Of a DNA stretch of 64,000 nucleotides, positions 9,321 through 17,483 are shown one piece after another (the stretch's first letter is position 1; every line of letters begins with the position of its first letter). The notes under the pieces are model-generated. The model worked only from the letters and a program-made list of their open reading frames with translations. It was not told the origin of the DNA and did no database searches. Origin of the DNA: a virus. The stretch spans positions 64,001 to 128,000 of the IMG/VR virus record IMGVR_UViG_3300035696_001556; one strand, given 5' to 3'. The position numbers and the translations under genes were made by a program.

Positions 9321-9826
9321 ATGGATATACCATGCTTCTATGCTGTTCCTATCGCTAAAGTCCAAGTGGAATTGCGTAGATTCAAATTTTCAATATATGA
9401 TGAATCTAAGAAACTCGTAATAGAGTGCCCTGGTCCAATGGGGTATCATGATGCTGAAATCACTTTAGGAATAAAAGATAAACTGATCCCTCCAAGTTAT
9501 GAGGACTTGATCCCTTGTATCGATCACAAAGATCCTCGTTGGCCTAAAAAATGCGTGTGTGGATATGAGTTTGAAGACAAAGACGAGTGGCAGACTAACG
9601 AACATAGGACATGTGGAACGCCTGGAGGATGGGTGGAGAGAGACCAGAGTATACCTCATTGATAGTTATGACTCCTGGTGGAGAGTGGGCAATTGATATG
9701 CCTTCTATTGACGGAGGTAAGTGGAGCAGGACAGGAACGGTGCCTAAGATAAGTGTGACGCCATCGATACTTATCCCTGACAAATATCATGGATTTCTTA
9801 CTGACGGAACATTGAGAGATTGCTAA
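9321..9826 (+). pseudogene. Split DUF6527-like Cys/His protein (ORFs 9321..9662 and 9611..9826)
   Basis: Two overlapping ORFs in different frames read like the N-half (CPGPMGYHDA...CVCGYEF) and C-half (WSRTGTVPKISVTPSI...YHGFLTDG) of one protein. The second ATG has no properly spaced RBS. Confidence 0.5.
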
Positions 9827-9827
9827 T

Positions 9828-11195
9828 ATGGAAAAAAACTTCAACAGACCCTTTTTCCCTCTGCCTTATAGAAGTGGAGACGATAGGCCTCCAACTCTTC
9901 CTCTGGCACCTCGTAACGTTAACATAACGAGTCCATTTCTAATTGGGATCGTCGATGTCAGGTGGGATGATCCATCTGTTTATGCTGAAAATAACAGATT
10001 CAATATCCTAGGTGTAAATGTATATAAATCTTATGACTCCTCTGAGGGACCGTTTACAAAAATAAATACTGATCCGATAGGAATATCTTTTTATAGAGAT
10101 CAGACCCAAGAAACCACGGTGACGGAAGATCCTACCCAAGGTGGAAGATTTATAGCTGGAACAACGGCAACAAGGGATTGGATAGCTAAGTCCTACAACA
10201 AACCGATAGTTATACCTGGCACCAATGGTCAGTTAGCGGATAACTGGACTCATGTGATGGTACAGATTAAGAGAACCTCAGCCGATCAGTTCGTAGTGGT
10301 ACCGGCTTTCAAAGTAAAAGGAGAGACTGGAGAAATCTATCTTATAAGTTCACAGGTTTATAATAATACAACGAATAGATTAGAAGAACCTGTTTTGCCT
10401 TATTTAGATCGAGGTGGAGAAATAAGAATAACGTATACTTACATACCTCCTAGCAGTTATATCCAAACAGATTTGCATAGAAGAATTTACTACAAAGTGA
10501 CCACGGTAGGTATAGATGCTAGTTGCGACAGTGGTATCATGGAAACGCCGTTAAACGAAGTAGAAGCTTTTAATCCATATGATATGGAAAAAATAGATTG
10601 GATTTGGGCTGAATCAATAAGAAGAAATAGATGGATACTCGAGCAAGGCGGAGAACGTGTAAAGCTATTTATAAGGAAGTGGTCTGGAGTCAGATGTCCT
10701 TGTTGGAATGAACAGTTTAGACAGTCTAAACAGGACGATCTGCAGTGTTACGGGGTCGGATATATTGGCGGATACCAAGGCCCATTAGATATAATCATCG
10801 CTCCTCCAGAAGGTGAAAAAATAGTAAATCTTTTTGATATTGGATTACGTGTAACCTATGATTGGCCAAGTTGGACCGGCCCCTATCCCTTACTCAGTGA
10901 TCGTGATTTTATTGTGCGTCAAAACAATGATAGATTCTCGCTAGCCCATATCAATCCTCAAGGATCGAGAGGAGCCATATATCAGCAACATTTCCAATTG
11001 CATCAGTTAGAACAAGGAGACATTAGATATCAGGTTCCTATCACTGGTGGAGCTGTAAGCGTGCCTCCAGCCTGGAACGCTTTCAGAGAGCCCAAACCTA
11101 CCGATGCAAGTCCTGTTATTAACGATAAGCCTACAGTCCCTGAACAATATCAATACAAAGGCAGAAGCGTGACTTTCGAAAATATTGTGATGTAA
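9828..11195 (+). CDS. Putative neck / head-completion protein with FN3-like N-terminus and Cys motif
   Basis: APRNVNI...VRWDDP...GVNVYKS (FN3-like). GGERVKLFIRKWSGVRCPCW...QCYGVGYIGGY resembles myovirus head-completion proteins. Gene position agrees. Confidence 0.6.
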   Translation: MEKNFNRPFFPLPYRSGDDRPPTLPLAPRNVNITSPFLIGIVDVRWDDPSVYAENNRFNILGVNVYKSYDSSEGPFTKINTDPIGISFYRDQTQETTVTEDPTQGGRFIAGTTATRDWIAKSYNKPIVIPGTNGQLADNWTHVMVQIKRTSADQFVVVPAFKVKGETGEIYLISSQVYNNTTNRLEEPVLPYLDRGGEIRITYTYIPPSSYIQTDLHRRIYYKVTTVGIDASCDSGIMETPLNEVEAFNPYDMEKIDWIWAESIRRNRWILEQGGERVKLFIRKWSGVRCPCWNEQFRQSKQDDLQCYGVGYIGGYQGPLDIIIAPPEGEKIVNLFDIGLRVTYDWPSWTGPYPLLSDRDFIVRQNNDRFSLAHINPQGSRGAIYQQHFQLHQLEQGDIRYQVPITGGAVSVPPAWNAFREPKPTDASPVINDKPTVPEQYQYKGRSVTFENIVM

Positions 11196-11222
11196 TATAT
11201 ACTTTTTTAAAAGACACATACT

Positions 11223-11230
11223 CTATTAAT
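11223..11230 (+). promoter_or_regulatory. Putative late promoter motif CTATTAAT
   Basis: Intergenic. The extended 13-mer ATACTCTATTAAT (11218-11230) is identical to 12772-12784. Confidence 0.5.
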
Positions 11231-11288
11231 AAAGGAATCTAAATAAATGATATCTCTCTTCTAATGAAGTCCATAAAGGAGTTCTAAA

Positions 11289-12107
11289 ATGGATCTACAA
11301 GAAACCGCCAAGAAAATTGTAAAAATAGCAGAACAGATAGAAAAAGAAGCGTCGGATAAGTCGATATTAATCTGCTCTGAGTGCACTCACACAGCCTCTT
11401 TGACTCAGATTAATGAGAGACGTGCTAAACTTGCCGGTGATAATTACAGTGTAAAACCAGTTACGATCAACGAAAAAGTTAATTGTCCTGTCTTGGGATG
11501 CCCCGGGATTATGTCTTACTTTCCTACTGATGCAAGTGAAAATTTTTATGTAGAAGAAAAAGTAGCTGCAGAAGGTGAAGGAGCTCCTGGTGGTGGAATA
11601 GAAGATCTCCTTGGCGAATCAACAGAAGTCAAACCGGAAGAAGAAGCTCCTAAAGCACCAAAAGCGCCTAAAATACCCAAAGAAGAAAAGCCAGAAGAGC
11701 CTAAGCCTGAAGATACAACAGGAGATATCGACGTAGATGATTTGTTTGAAGATGTAGAGACCCAAAACGACAACATGCAAGCAGAAAAGGCAGAGAAAGC
11801 GGATACTACTCAGAAGGCAAGAAAAGAAAGAACAGACGAACAGAATAGAATTGATCAAGAAAAAGACGATGAGGGATTAGGTATCCCACCACAGAAAGAG
11901 CCTCTAGCCACTCCTCCAATAAAGACTGAACCAAGCCCAGAAGCTGTTAAAGAACAGCCTAAAGAAAAATTGGATATATTTGAGGAAGAGAAACCTAAGA
12001 AGCCGAAAAAGAAACCGGAAGAAATCATAAAGAAAGACGTTCCTAAATTCAAATCAAAAGAAGCTTCAGATAGATACATAAAGTCTACTTCCCGTTACGC
12101 TGTGTAA
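11289..12107 (+). CDS. Hypothetical protein with Zn-binding Cys pairs and a disordered Glu/Lys/Pro tail
   Basis: CSEC...CPVLGC, low-complexity tail, RBS AAGGAG. Confidence 0.75.
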   Translation: MDLQETAKKIVKIAEQIEKEASDKSILICSECTHTASLTQINERRAKLAGDNYSVKPVTINEKVNCPVLGCPGIMSYFPTDASENFYVEEKVAAEGEGAPGGGIEDLLGESTEVKPEEEAPKAPKAPKIPKEEKPEEPKPEDTTGDIDVDDLFEDVETQNDNMQAEKAEKADTTQKARKERTDEQNRIDQEKDDEGLGIPPQKEPLATPPIKTEPSPEAVKEQPKEKLDIFEEEKPKKPKKKPEEIIKKDVPKFKSKEASDRYIKSTSRYAV

Positions 12108-12109
12108 AA

Positions 12110-12132
12110 AGAGGGGAATGATTTTCCCCTCT
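12110..12132. terminator. GC-rich hairpin / probable terminator (U-tract only on the minus strand)
   Basis: AGAGGGGAA (12110-12118) pairs with TTCCCCTCT (12124-12132), preceded by an A-run. Confidence 0.55.
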
Positions 12133-12157
12133 AAATCTATATAAAATAGAGATTGAT

Positions 12158-12772
12158 ATGATTAAAGTAAGATGTGAAGACCCCGAGACTATATCCCTGC
12201 CCGAACTCAACGATTTTATCTACTACAAACAGGTAAAAACATTCTCGGAACAAGATTATAATAAGTGCCTAAGCTTGCAAGCGGCTGTGAGCAAAGGGCG
12301 TGTTATTGTCCTTGAGAGACGTGAAGAGAAAAATTCTAATTATGGGATCCCAATTCCAAGTAATGTCGCTCCAGCAGACACATCTGTTCTGTTTGATTAT
12401 TTAAAAAGTCTTGAATCAAAAATAGATCAATTAAAGACATCCGATGGAAGCACTGCCTTGATAGATCAGCTTAATCAAAAAATAGATGCTTTGGAAAAAA
12501 AACTTCAAGGTCCTGTCCCTCAAGGAGATTCTGGTATAAAAGAAACGGCTAAAAAGCTCGAGGAGATTCTCGGCAAATTTTCTAATATAGCTGGTAAAAG
12601 CGATGTAGAGAAAAAGGAACTAGTATCCGAAATACCAGAAGAGATATACGTGCCCAATGTTAAAGTCGAAGACGGCAATTCTCATATAAGTCTCAAGATG
12701 CGTACGATAGAAAAATCAGATAGTATAAATGAGGCTTCAGAAGCGCTTAGAAAGCTCAAAGACAAAAAGTAA
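12158..12772 (+). CDS. Coiled-coil hypothetical protein upstream of the actin-like gene
   Basis: Heptad segments LKSLESKIDQLK and IDQLNQKIDALEKKL. Confidence 0.75.
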   Translation: MIKVRCEDPETISLPELNDFIYYKQVKTFSEQDYNKCLSLQAAVSKGRVIVLERREEKNSNYGIPIPSNVAPADTSVLFDYLKSLESKIDQLKTSDGSTALIDQLNQKIDALEKKLQGPVPQGDSGIKETAKKLEEILGKFSNIAGKSDVEKKELVSEIPEEIYVPNVKVEDGNSHISLKMRTIEKSDSINEASEALRKLKDKK

Positions 12773-12816
12773 TACTCTATTAATATATTTATATTAATAT
12801 GATATAGAGGTGACAT

Positions 12817-12963
12817 ATGGTGAAGAAACTAATATATTTCTCTGATAATCAGGTAAAAAGAGTCCAAAAAGATGCAGATGAAAAAGAGATATCATTTACT
12901 GAAATGATAAGAAGATTGTTGGACAGGCATTATGAAGAAGACGAGGATACTAAAAAGAAATAG
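12817..12963 (+). CDS. Ribbon-helix-helix (CopG/Arc-like) DNA-binding protein, 48 aa, absent from the ORF track
   Basis: RBS AGAGGTG. MVKKLIYFSDNQVKRVQKDADEKEISFTEMIRRLLDRHYEEDEDTKKK fits the strand-helix-helix RHH pattern (IS.TE.IRR.LD). Confidence 0.78.
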   Translation: MVKKLIYFSDNQVKRVQKDADEKEISFTEMIRRLLDRHYEEDEDTKKK

Positions 12964-13009
12964 GTAAATAGAGTATTTTTGTTATAAAATCTAAAACAGG
13001 AGTTTGAAT

Positions 13010-14026
13010 ATGGCTCGCGGTTTAGACATCGGAACTTGCAATATTGTTTGTGCTTCGAAGGACCCAAAAAATCCTCAAGCAGAAATTCAAATTAGTTCTA
13101 TAAGGGATGCATTTTTAGATATTGAGGCTGACTCATCCGTTCTAAATCTATTAAAAATGTCTAATGTCTCTTATATTCAAGGAGCAGAAAATATTGTCTA
13201 TGTGATCGGGGAGCCATCGTTAAACCTAGCTAACATGTTTAAACGAGAAGCTCGAAGACCCATGAGTAAGGGGATAATATCCCCCGGAGAGCTGGAGGCA
13301 GAGAAGGTTCTTTCTATTTTAGTCAAGAATATTCTAAAAGAACCAGCAGTTGAAAAAGAAATAGTTTATTTCTCTGTTCCAGCAGCTCCTATAGATCGAG
13401 AGGGCATAAGCGTAACATATCACGAAGCTGTTCTTAAGAAAATAATAGAGAATCTAGGTTATAAGGCTGTGTTTTTAAATGAAGCAGCCGCCATAGTTTA
13501 TTCCAACTGTGAGAAGAGCGGTTTTACCGCACTATCTAGCAGCCTTGGAAGTGGCATGGTAAATACGGCCCTACTTTATAAAACACTAATTGGCATGTCT
13601 TTTTCAACGTCTTCCGCCGGTGATTATATAGACTATAGCGCAGCAAAGGCTACAGGAAGCACAGCAACTAAAATTATGACAATAAAAGAACGAGGATTAG
13701 ATTTACTTGCCCCTGAAATAGGAGATCCCAAACAGATACGAGAACGAGAGGCAATTTGTATATATTATAAGAATCTGATAAAAAGTATAATTGACAGTAT
13801 AAAAAAAGAGTTTAAAAAGAACCAAAGCACAATAGAGCTGCCAGATCAGGTTCCTTGGATTATAGCAGGAGGTAGTTGTCTTGCTAAAAATTTCTTACTT
13901 TTATTTCAACAAGAATTTTCAAAAGTCAAAGACACATTTCCTATTAATATTTCTGAGATTAAGTTGGCGGATGACCCTTTACTGGACATTGCTAAGGGAT
14001 TACTTATCGCTGCTATGAATGACTAA
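13010..14026 (+). CDS. Actin-fold ATPase (MreB/FtsA/ParM superfamily)
   Basis: Phosphate-1 GLDIGT, connect-1 LNEAAAIV, phosphate-2 SLGSGMVN, adenosine IAGGS, connect-2 DPLLDIAKG. ATG 13010 has RBS AGGAG at 7 nt spacing, better than TTG 13004. Confidence 0.85.
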   Translation: MARGLDIGTCNIVCASKDPKNPQAEIQISSIRDAFLDIEADSSVLNLLKMSNVSYIQGAENIVYVIGEPSLNLANMFKREARRPMSKGIISPGELEAEKVLSILVKNILKEPAVEKEIVYFSVPAAPIDREGISVTYHEAVLKKIIENLGYKAVFLNEAAAIVYSNCEKSGFTALSSSLGSGMVNTALLYKTLIGMSFSTSSAGDYIDYSAAKATGSTATKIMTIKERGLDLLAPEIGDPKQIREREAICIYYKNLIKSIIDSIKKEFKKNQSTIELPDQVPWIIAGGSCLAKNFLLLFQQEFSKVKDTFPINISEIKLADDPLLDIAKGLLIAAMND

Positions 14027-15194
14027 ATTTTACTTTAACATGAATAAAATAGACAAAAAAGAGTTTATTGAGAGATCCGAAAAAAAGCACGGAAAGTTTT
14101 ATAGTTATGACTTAGTTAATATTAAAGGAACAAAAATAAAAGTAAAAATAATGTGCCCTAAACATGGATTATTTTATCAAACTCCACAGGAACATATGAA
14201 GGGATGTGGGTGTAAATGTTGTGGGTATGAAAAGATTGGTCTTTCTAATTGTTCATCTAAAGAAGATGTTATATCTCTGTCAAAAAAAGTACATGGGAAT
14301 GATACATTTGACTACAGTTTATTCGAATATAAAGGTATGTTTGTTAAATCTAAGTTTATTTGTAAAATTCATGGAGTTTTTGAACAAACACCTAATAACA
14401 ATATTCACAGCCAAAATGGGTGTGATAAGTGTGGCGGCAGTTTCAAAAATTCTTTGGATAGTTTTATTAGGAAAGCAGAAAAAATTCATGGAAAAAAGTA
14501 TAACTATTCTAAATTTAAATACACAAATATATTTACTCCTTCTATAATAACATGTTTTAAACATGGCGATTTTTCACAAGATCCCAACAACCACCTGTCT
14601 GGAAGAGGGTGCCCTCAATGTGGTATCATACTATCTAGTGATAAAAAAAGATATAGCAAAGAAGAGTTTGTAGAGAAAGCAGTAAAAGCGCATGGATTTA
14701 ATAGATATGATTATTCAACTGCTGTATATAAAAGTTCTAATAAAAAAGTGGCAATAAAGTGTAATAAGTGCTTTAAAGTTTTTATGCAAACTCCTAGTAG
14801 CCATCTCACGGGAACTGGATGTCCTGTCTGTAATGAATCAAGAGGAGAAAAAAGTGTAAGGAATTGGTTGTCGGATAATAATATTTGTTTTATGTCACAG
14901 TATGTTTTTTCTAATTTAGTTGGAAAAAATGGAAATAAATTTAAATTTGATTTCTACATTCCATCTAAGAATATACTAATAGAGTTTGACGGTAGACAGC
15001 ATTTTGAACCGGTTTGTTTCAAAGGAATTTCATTAGAAAAAGCAAAAACAAATTTTAAAAAGGTAACAGGTAATGATGCTCTCAAAAATAAGTACTGTTC
15101 GGATAATAACATACCTCTGTTACGAATAAGCTACAAAAATTTTAAGAAGATCCCGGAAATACTTTCTGAAAACGTTCTAAAAGCCGCAGCATAA
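14019..15194 (+). CDS. Free-standing endonuclease with four Zn-binding repeats and a C-terminal PD-(D/E)xK/Vsr-like domain (homing-endonuclease-like)
   Basis: Four repeats of Y.YS...Y....K..I.C..HG.F.Q.P..H..G.GC..C, then ESRGE and FKFDFYIPSKNILIEFDGRQH...KNKYC..NNIPLLRISY. Visibly AT-richer than its neighbours. Confidence 0.82.
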   Translation: MTKFYFNMNKIDKKEFIERSEKKHGKFYSYDLVNIKGTKIKVKIMCPKHGLFYQTPQEHMKGCGCKCCGYEKIGLSNCSSKEDVISLSKKVHGNDTFDYSLFEYKGMFVKSKFICKIHGVFEQTPNNNIHSQNGCDKCGGSFKNSLDSFIRKAEKIHGKKYNYSKFKYTNIFTPSIITCFKHGDFSQDPNNHLSGRGCPQCGIILSSDKKRYSKEEFVEKAVKAHGFNRYDYSTAVYKSSNKKVAIKCNKCFKVFMQTPSSHLTGTGCPVCNESRGEKSVRNWLSDNNICFMSQYVFSNLVGKNGNKFKFDFYIPSKNILIEFDGRQHFEPVCFKGISLEKAKTNFKKVTGNDALKNKYCSDNNIPLLRISYKNFKKIPEILSENVLKAAA

Positions 15195-15257
15195 CTCCCC
15201 TTAATATCCTTCTAATAATTTAAGCTCAACAGATACCTCTATCTTTAAGGAAATTCT

Positions 15258-16742
15258 ATGCCATTGGACTACATGGATAGTCGATTAGTTGCTCCAATAA
15301 AAAAGCGTCTCTTTGACGAAATCCAAAATTCAATAGAAAAACACGCTAATTATAGGGACAAAGTCAAGGTTTTTCATAAGTTCCCCTACAAGGAACGACC
15401 GATGATGGGCGTAGTTGTAAAGAATGCTTCCTCTGCTACGCGTATGAGATTAAGCGCTGACGATTATGCGGCTCAGATGAGTAGCCTTCTAGCTCTAGCA
15501 GGTGCAGAAGGTAAAGACAGCCGTGTTCTAAAATTCGTTTGGGAGGATCAGAACAATGTAACAAAATTTCAAAGGGATGAAGACTTATCTTCTCAAATTA
15601 CCGGAGACCCAGCATATCCAACTATAGGCACAAACAGAGTGTTTACAGTAAATCATAAACCTATAGTAGCTGGTCCTTTCAATACCAAGTTCGCTGATAA
15701 TTTTGCACAGGTTACTTTAAAGTTGAATGGAGAAACTACTTTTGCAGAATATGTAAACGGAGAAAAAGGTATTGTGGTTCTGCCTCTAGCTCCTCCAGTA
15801 GGCTCCAAGTTACATATTTCATATAATTACGGTAATATGACACCACCAGGAAGGTACTATATAGAGGTACTAACTCCGGATCCAGCTCATCCAGATCAAG
15901 GCACACAGTTCGTAATAGATCCTATATATATAGTGGAACACGAGGAACTAATAGCAAGAACTTCTGGGACTGAGACATCTGCTCAGACAGCCAATAAAAA
16001 CCTATTGGCACGCTTTGATGTTCTCTATACCTTGAAGAATAAATTTGCAACTAAGATTTATTTAGAGAGAGGCATTGATTATACCATAACAAGCGCTGGA
16101 GCAATAACTTTCTTGAAGCCTCTTATAACGAATACAAGCCTTTTTATAGATTACAGATGGGTTGGTCCCGAGTTGGGGCCTTTTAATCTCCCAGATGGAG
16201 ATTATGAGTACAATAATTTGGCCTTACCTGGTGTGATTCTAGCTTTTGGAAGTGAAAGGATTCTGGGAGATAAGAACGTCGTTATTGTGTATCCCCAAAG
16301 GGAGCCAGCGGCCAAGGTTTACAGCGGTCACTGGAACATGAACATAGAGATAGAAGTGATTTCAAGAGATACACAGCAGTTACCTGAGCTTGCAGATTAC
16401 ATCATAAATGACATGTGGAGTTACAAAAGACTTGCTCTAATCAATGAAGGTATAACTATGGAGTCGTTCGAGCCCACAGGAGAATCTGAAGACATCTTTG
16501 ATGAAAACACCCAAGACCAATACTACCGTACTACTCTTTCGATGGTACTTCTCAGCGAATGGAAACGGTTCGAGCCGTTCTTGACGTGGATCATGGACTT
16601 TGATGTTCATACATATAATTTCCCTCCAACTACTAAATACTACATAAACGACGAGGGAAAGATATTTGAAAAAGTTACAGCAATTAATAACGAACCCTTT
16701 GAAGTTACCTATCCGCAGATTGGAAGAGTTAGATACTACTAA
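15258..16742 (+). CDS. Putative tail terminator / tail completion protein
   Basis: Position upstream of the sheath gene. Terminator-like core (NIEIEVISRDTQQLPELADYI) split by inserted beta-domains. Confidence 0.55.
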   Translation: MPLDYMDSRLVAPIKKRLFDEIQNSIEKHANYRDKVKVFHKFPYKERPMMGVVVKNASSATRMRLSADDYAAQMSSLLALAGAEGKDSRVLKFVWEDQNNVTKFQRDEDLSSQITGDPAYPTIGTNRVFTVNHKPIVAGPFNTKFADNFAQVTLKLNGETTFAEYVNGEKGIVVLPLAPPVGSKLHISYNYGNMTPPGRYYIEVLTPDPAHPDQGTQFVIDPIYIVEHEELIARTSGTETSAQTANKNLLARFDVLYTLKNKFATKIYLERGIDYTITSAGAITFLKPLITNTSLFIDYRWVGPELGPFNLPDGDYEYNNLALPGVILAFGSERILGDKNVVIVYPQREPAAKVYSGHWNMNIEIEVISRDTQQLPELADYIINDMWSYKRLALINEGITMESFEPTGESEDIFDENTQDQYYRTTLSMVLLSEWKRFEPFLTWIMDFDVHTYNFPPTTKYYINDEGKIFEKVTAINNEPFEVTYPQIGRVRYY

Positions 16743-16758
16743 GGGGGCGTTTGTTAAT

Positions 16759-16766
16759 CTATTAAT
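16759..16766 (+). promoter_or_regulatory. Putative late promoter motif CTATTAAT
   Basis: Intergenic copy of the recurring octamer upstream of ATG 16816. Confidence 0.5.
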
Positions 16767-16815
16767 AATATTAACTTTTAGACTATCCATATCCATATAA
16801 AAAGAGGAGGATAAC

Positions 16816-17274
16816 ATGCCACTTTATGAATATCGATGCACTTTGTGCAAAAGAGAGTTTGAAGATTTGAGTCCTTCTGACAAGAAAGATGATCCTAGGC
16901 CATGTCCGTCTTGTGGCAAGATTGATGGCATACAGAGAAAAATATCTAATTTTGGTGTCAATACCACCATTACTCCTGGAAAAGACACCATATATAGTCC
17001 TAAAGAGATCGACAAGGCAGTAGGAGATGTTTCTGCCAAAAGATGGGAAGCTTGGGATAAGTACTACGAAGACCGCAGAAAAAAGAGACGTGAAGGCAAG
17101 GATCTCAAAGAAATAATTGTAGACAAAGGTAAGGACGGCAAAGTTGCACCTTTTGAGCATCTTGGGTCACCAAAAGAGCAAGAATTTAGAAGGAATTACT
17201 CTAAAGAGTATAAAGAACAGATTATAGACAAGGGCAAAGATGGCGATGAGACCCCTGTTATAATGAAAGTGTAA
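16816..17274 (+). CDS. FmdB-family zinc-ribbon protein
   Basis: MPLYEYRCTLCKREFE...CPSCG, with strong RBS GAGGAGG. Confidence 0.82.
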   Translation: MPLYEYRCTLCKREFEDLSPSDKKDDPRPCPSCGKIDGIQRKISNFGVNTTITPGKDTIYSPKEIDKAVGDVSAKRWEAWDKYYEDRRKKRREGKDLKEIIVDKGKDGKVAPFEHLGSPKEQEFRRNYSKEYKEQIIDKGKDGDETPVIMKV

Positions 17275-17483
17275 GAAACACAGAACCAGGAAGAAGTTAA
17301 TAAAGTATTAATATTTAAACACATATAAAACATCATAGCCATATAAGATCCTTAGCAAGCACAGGCTGCAATTAATAAACTCTCCAAATAAATGGGGATG
17401 AACCGATCCTTGGCCTGTATTAGATACAAGATAAAATAAACTGATAGAACATTTTTTAAGTTTCGAAATAAAGGAGAGACATA

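Noticed and set aside
15197-16746. CCCCTTA / TAAGGGG inverted pair flanking the terminator-like gene
   Set aside because: Only 7 bp and 1.5 kb apart, which is compatible with chance.
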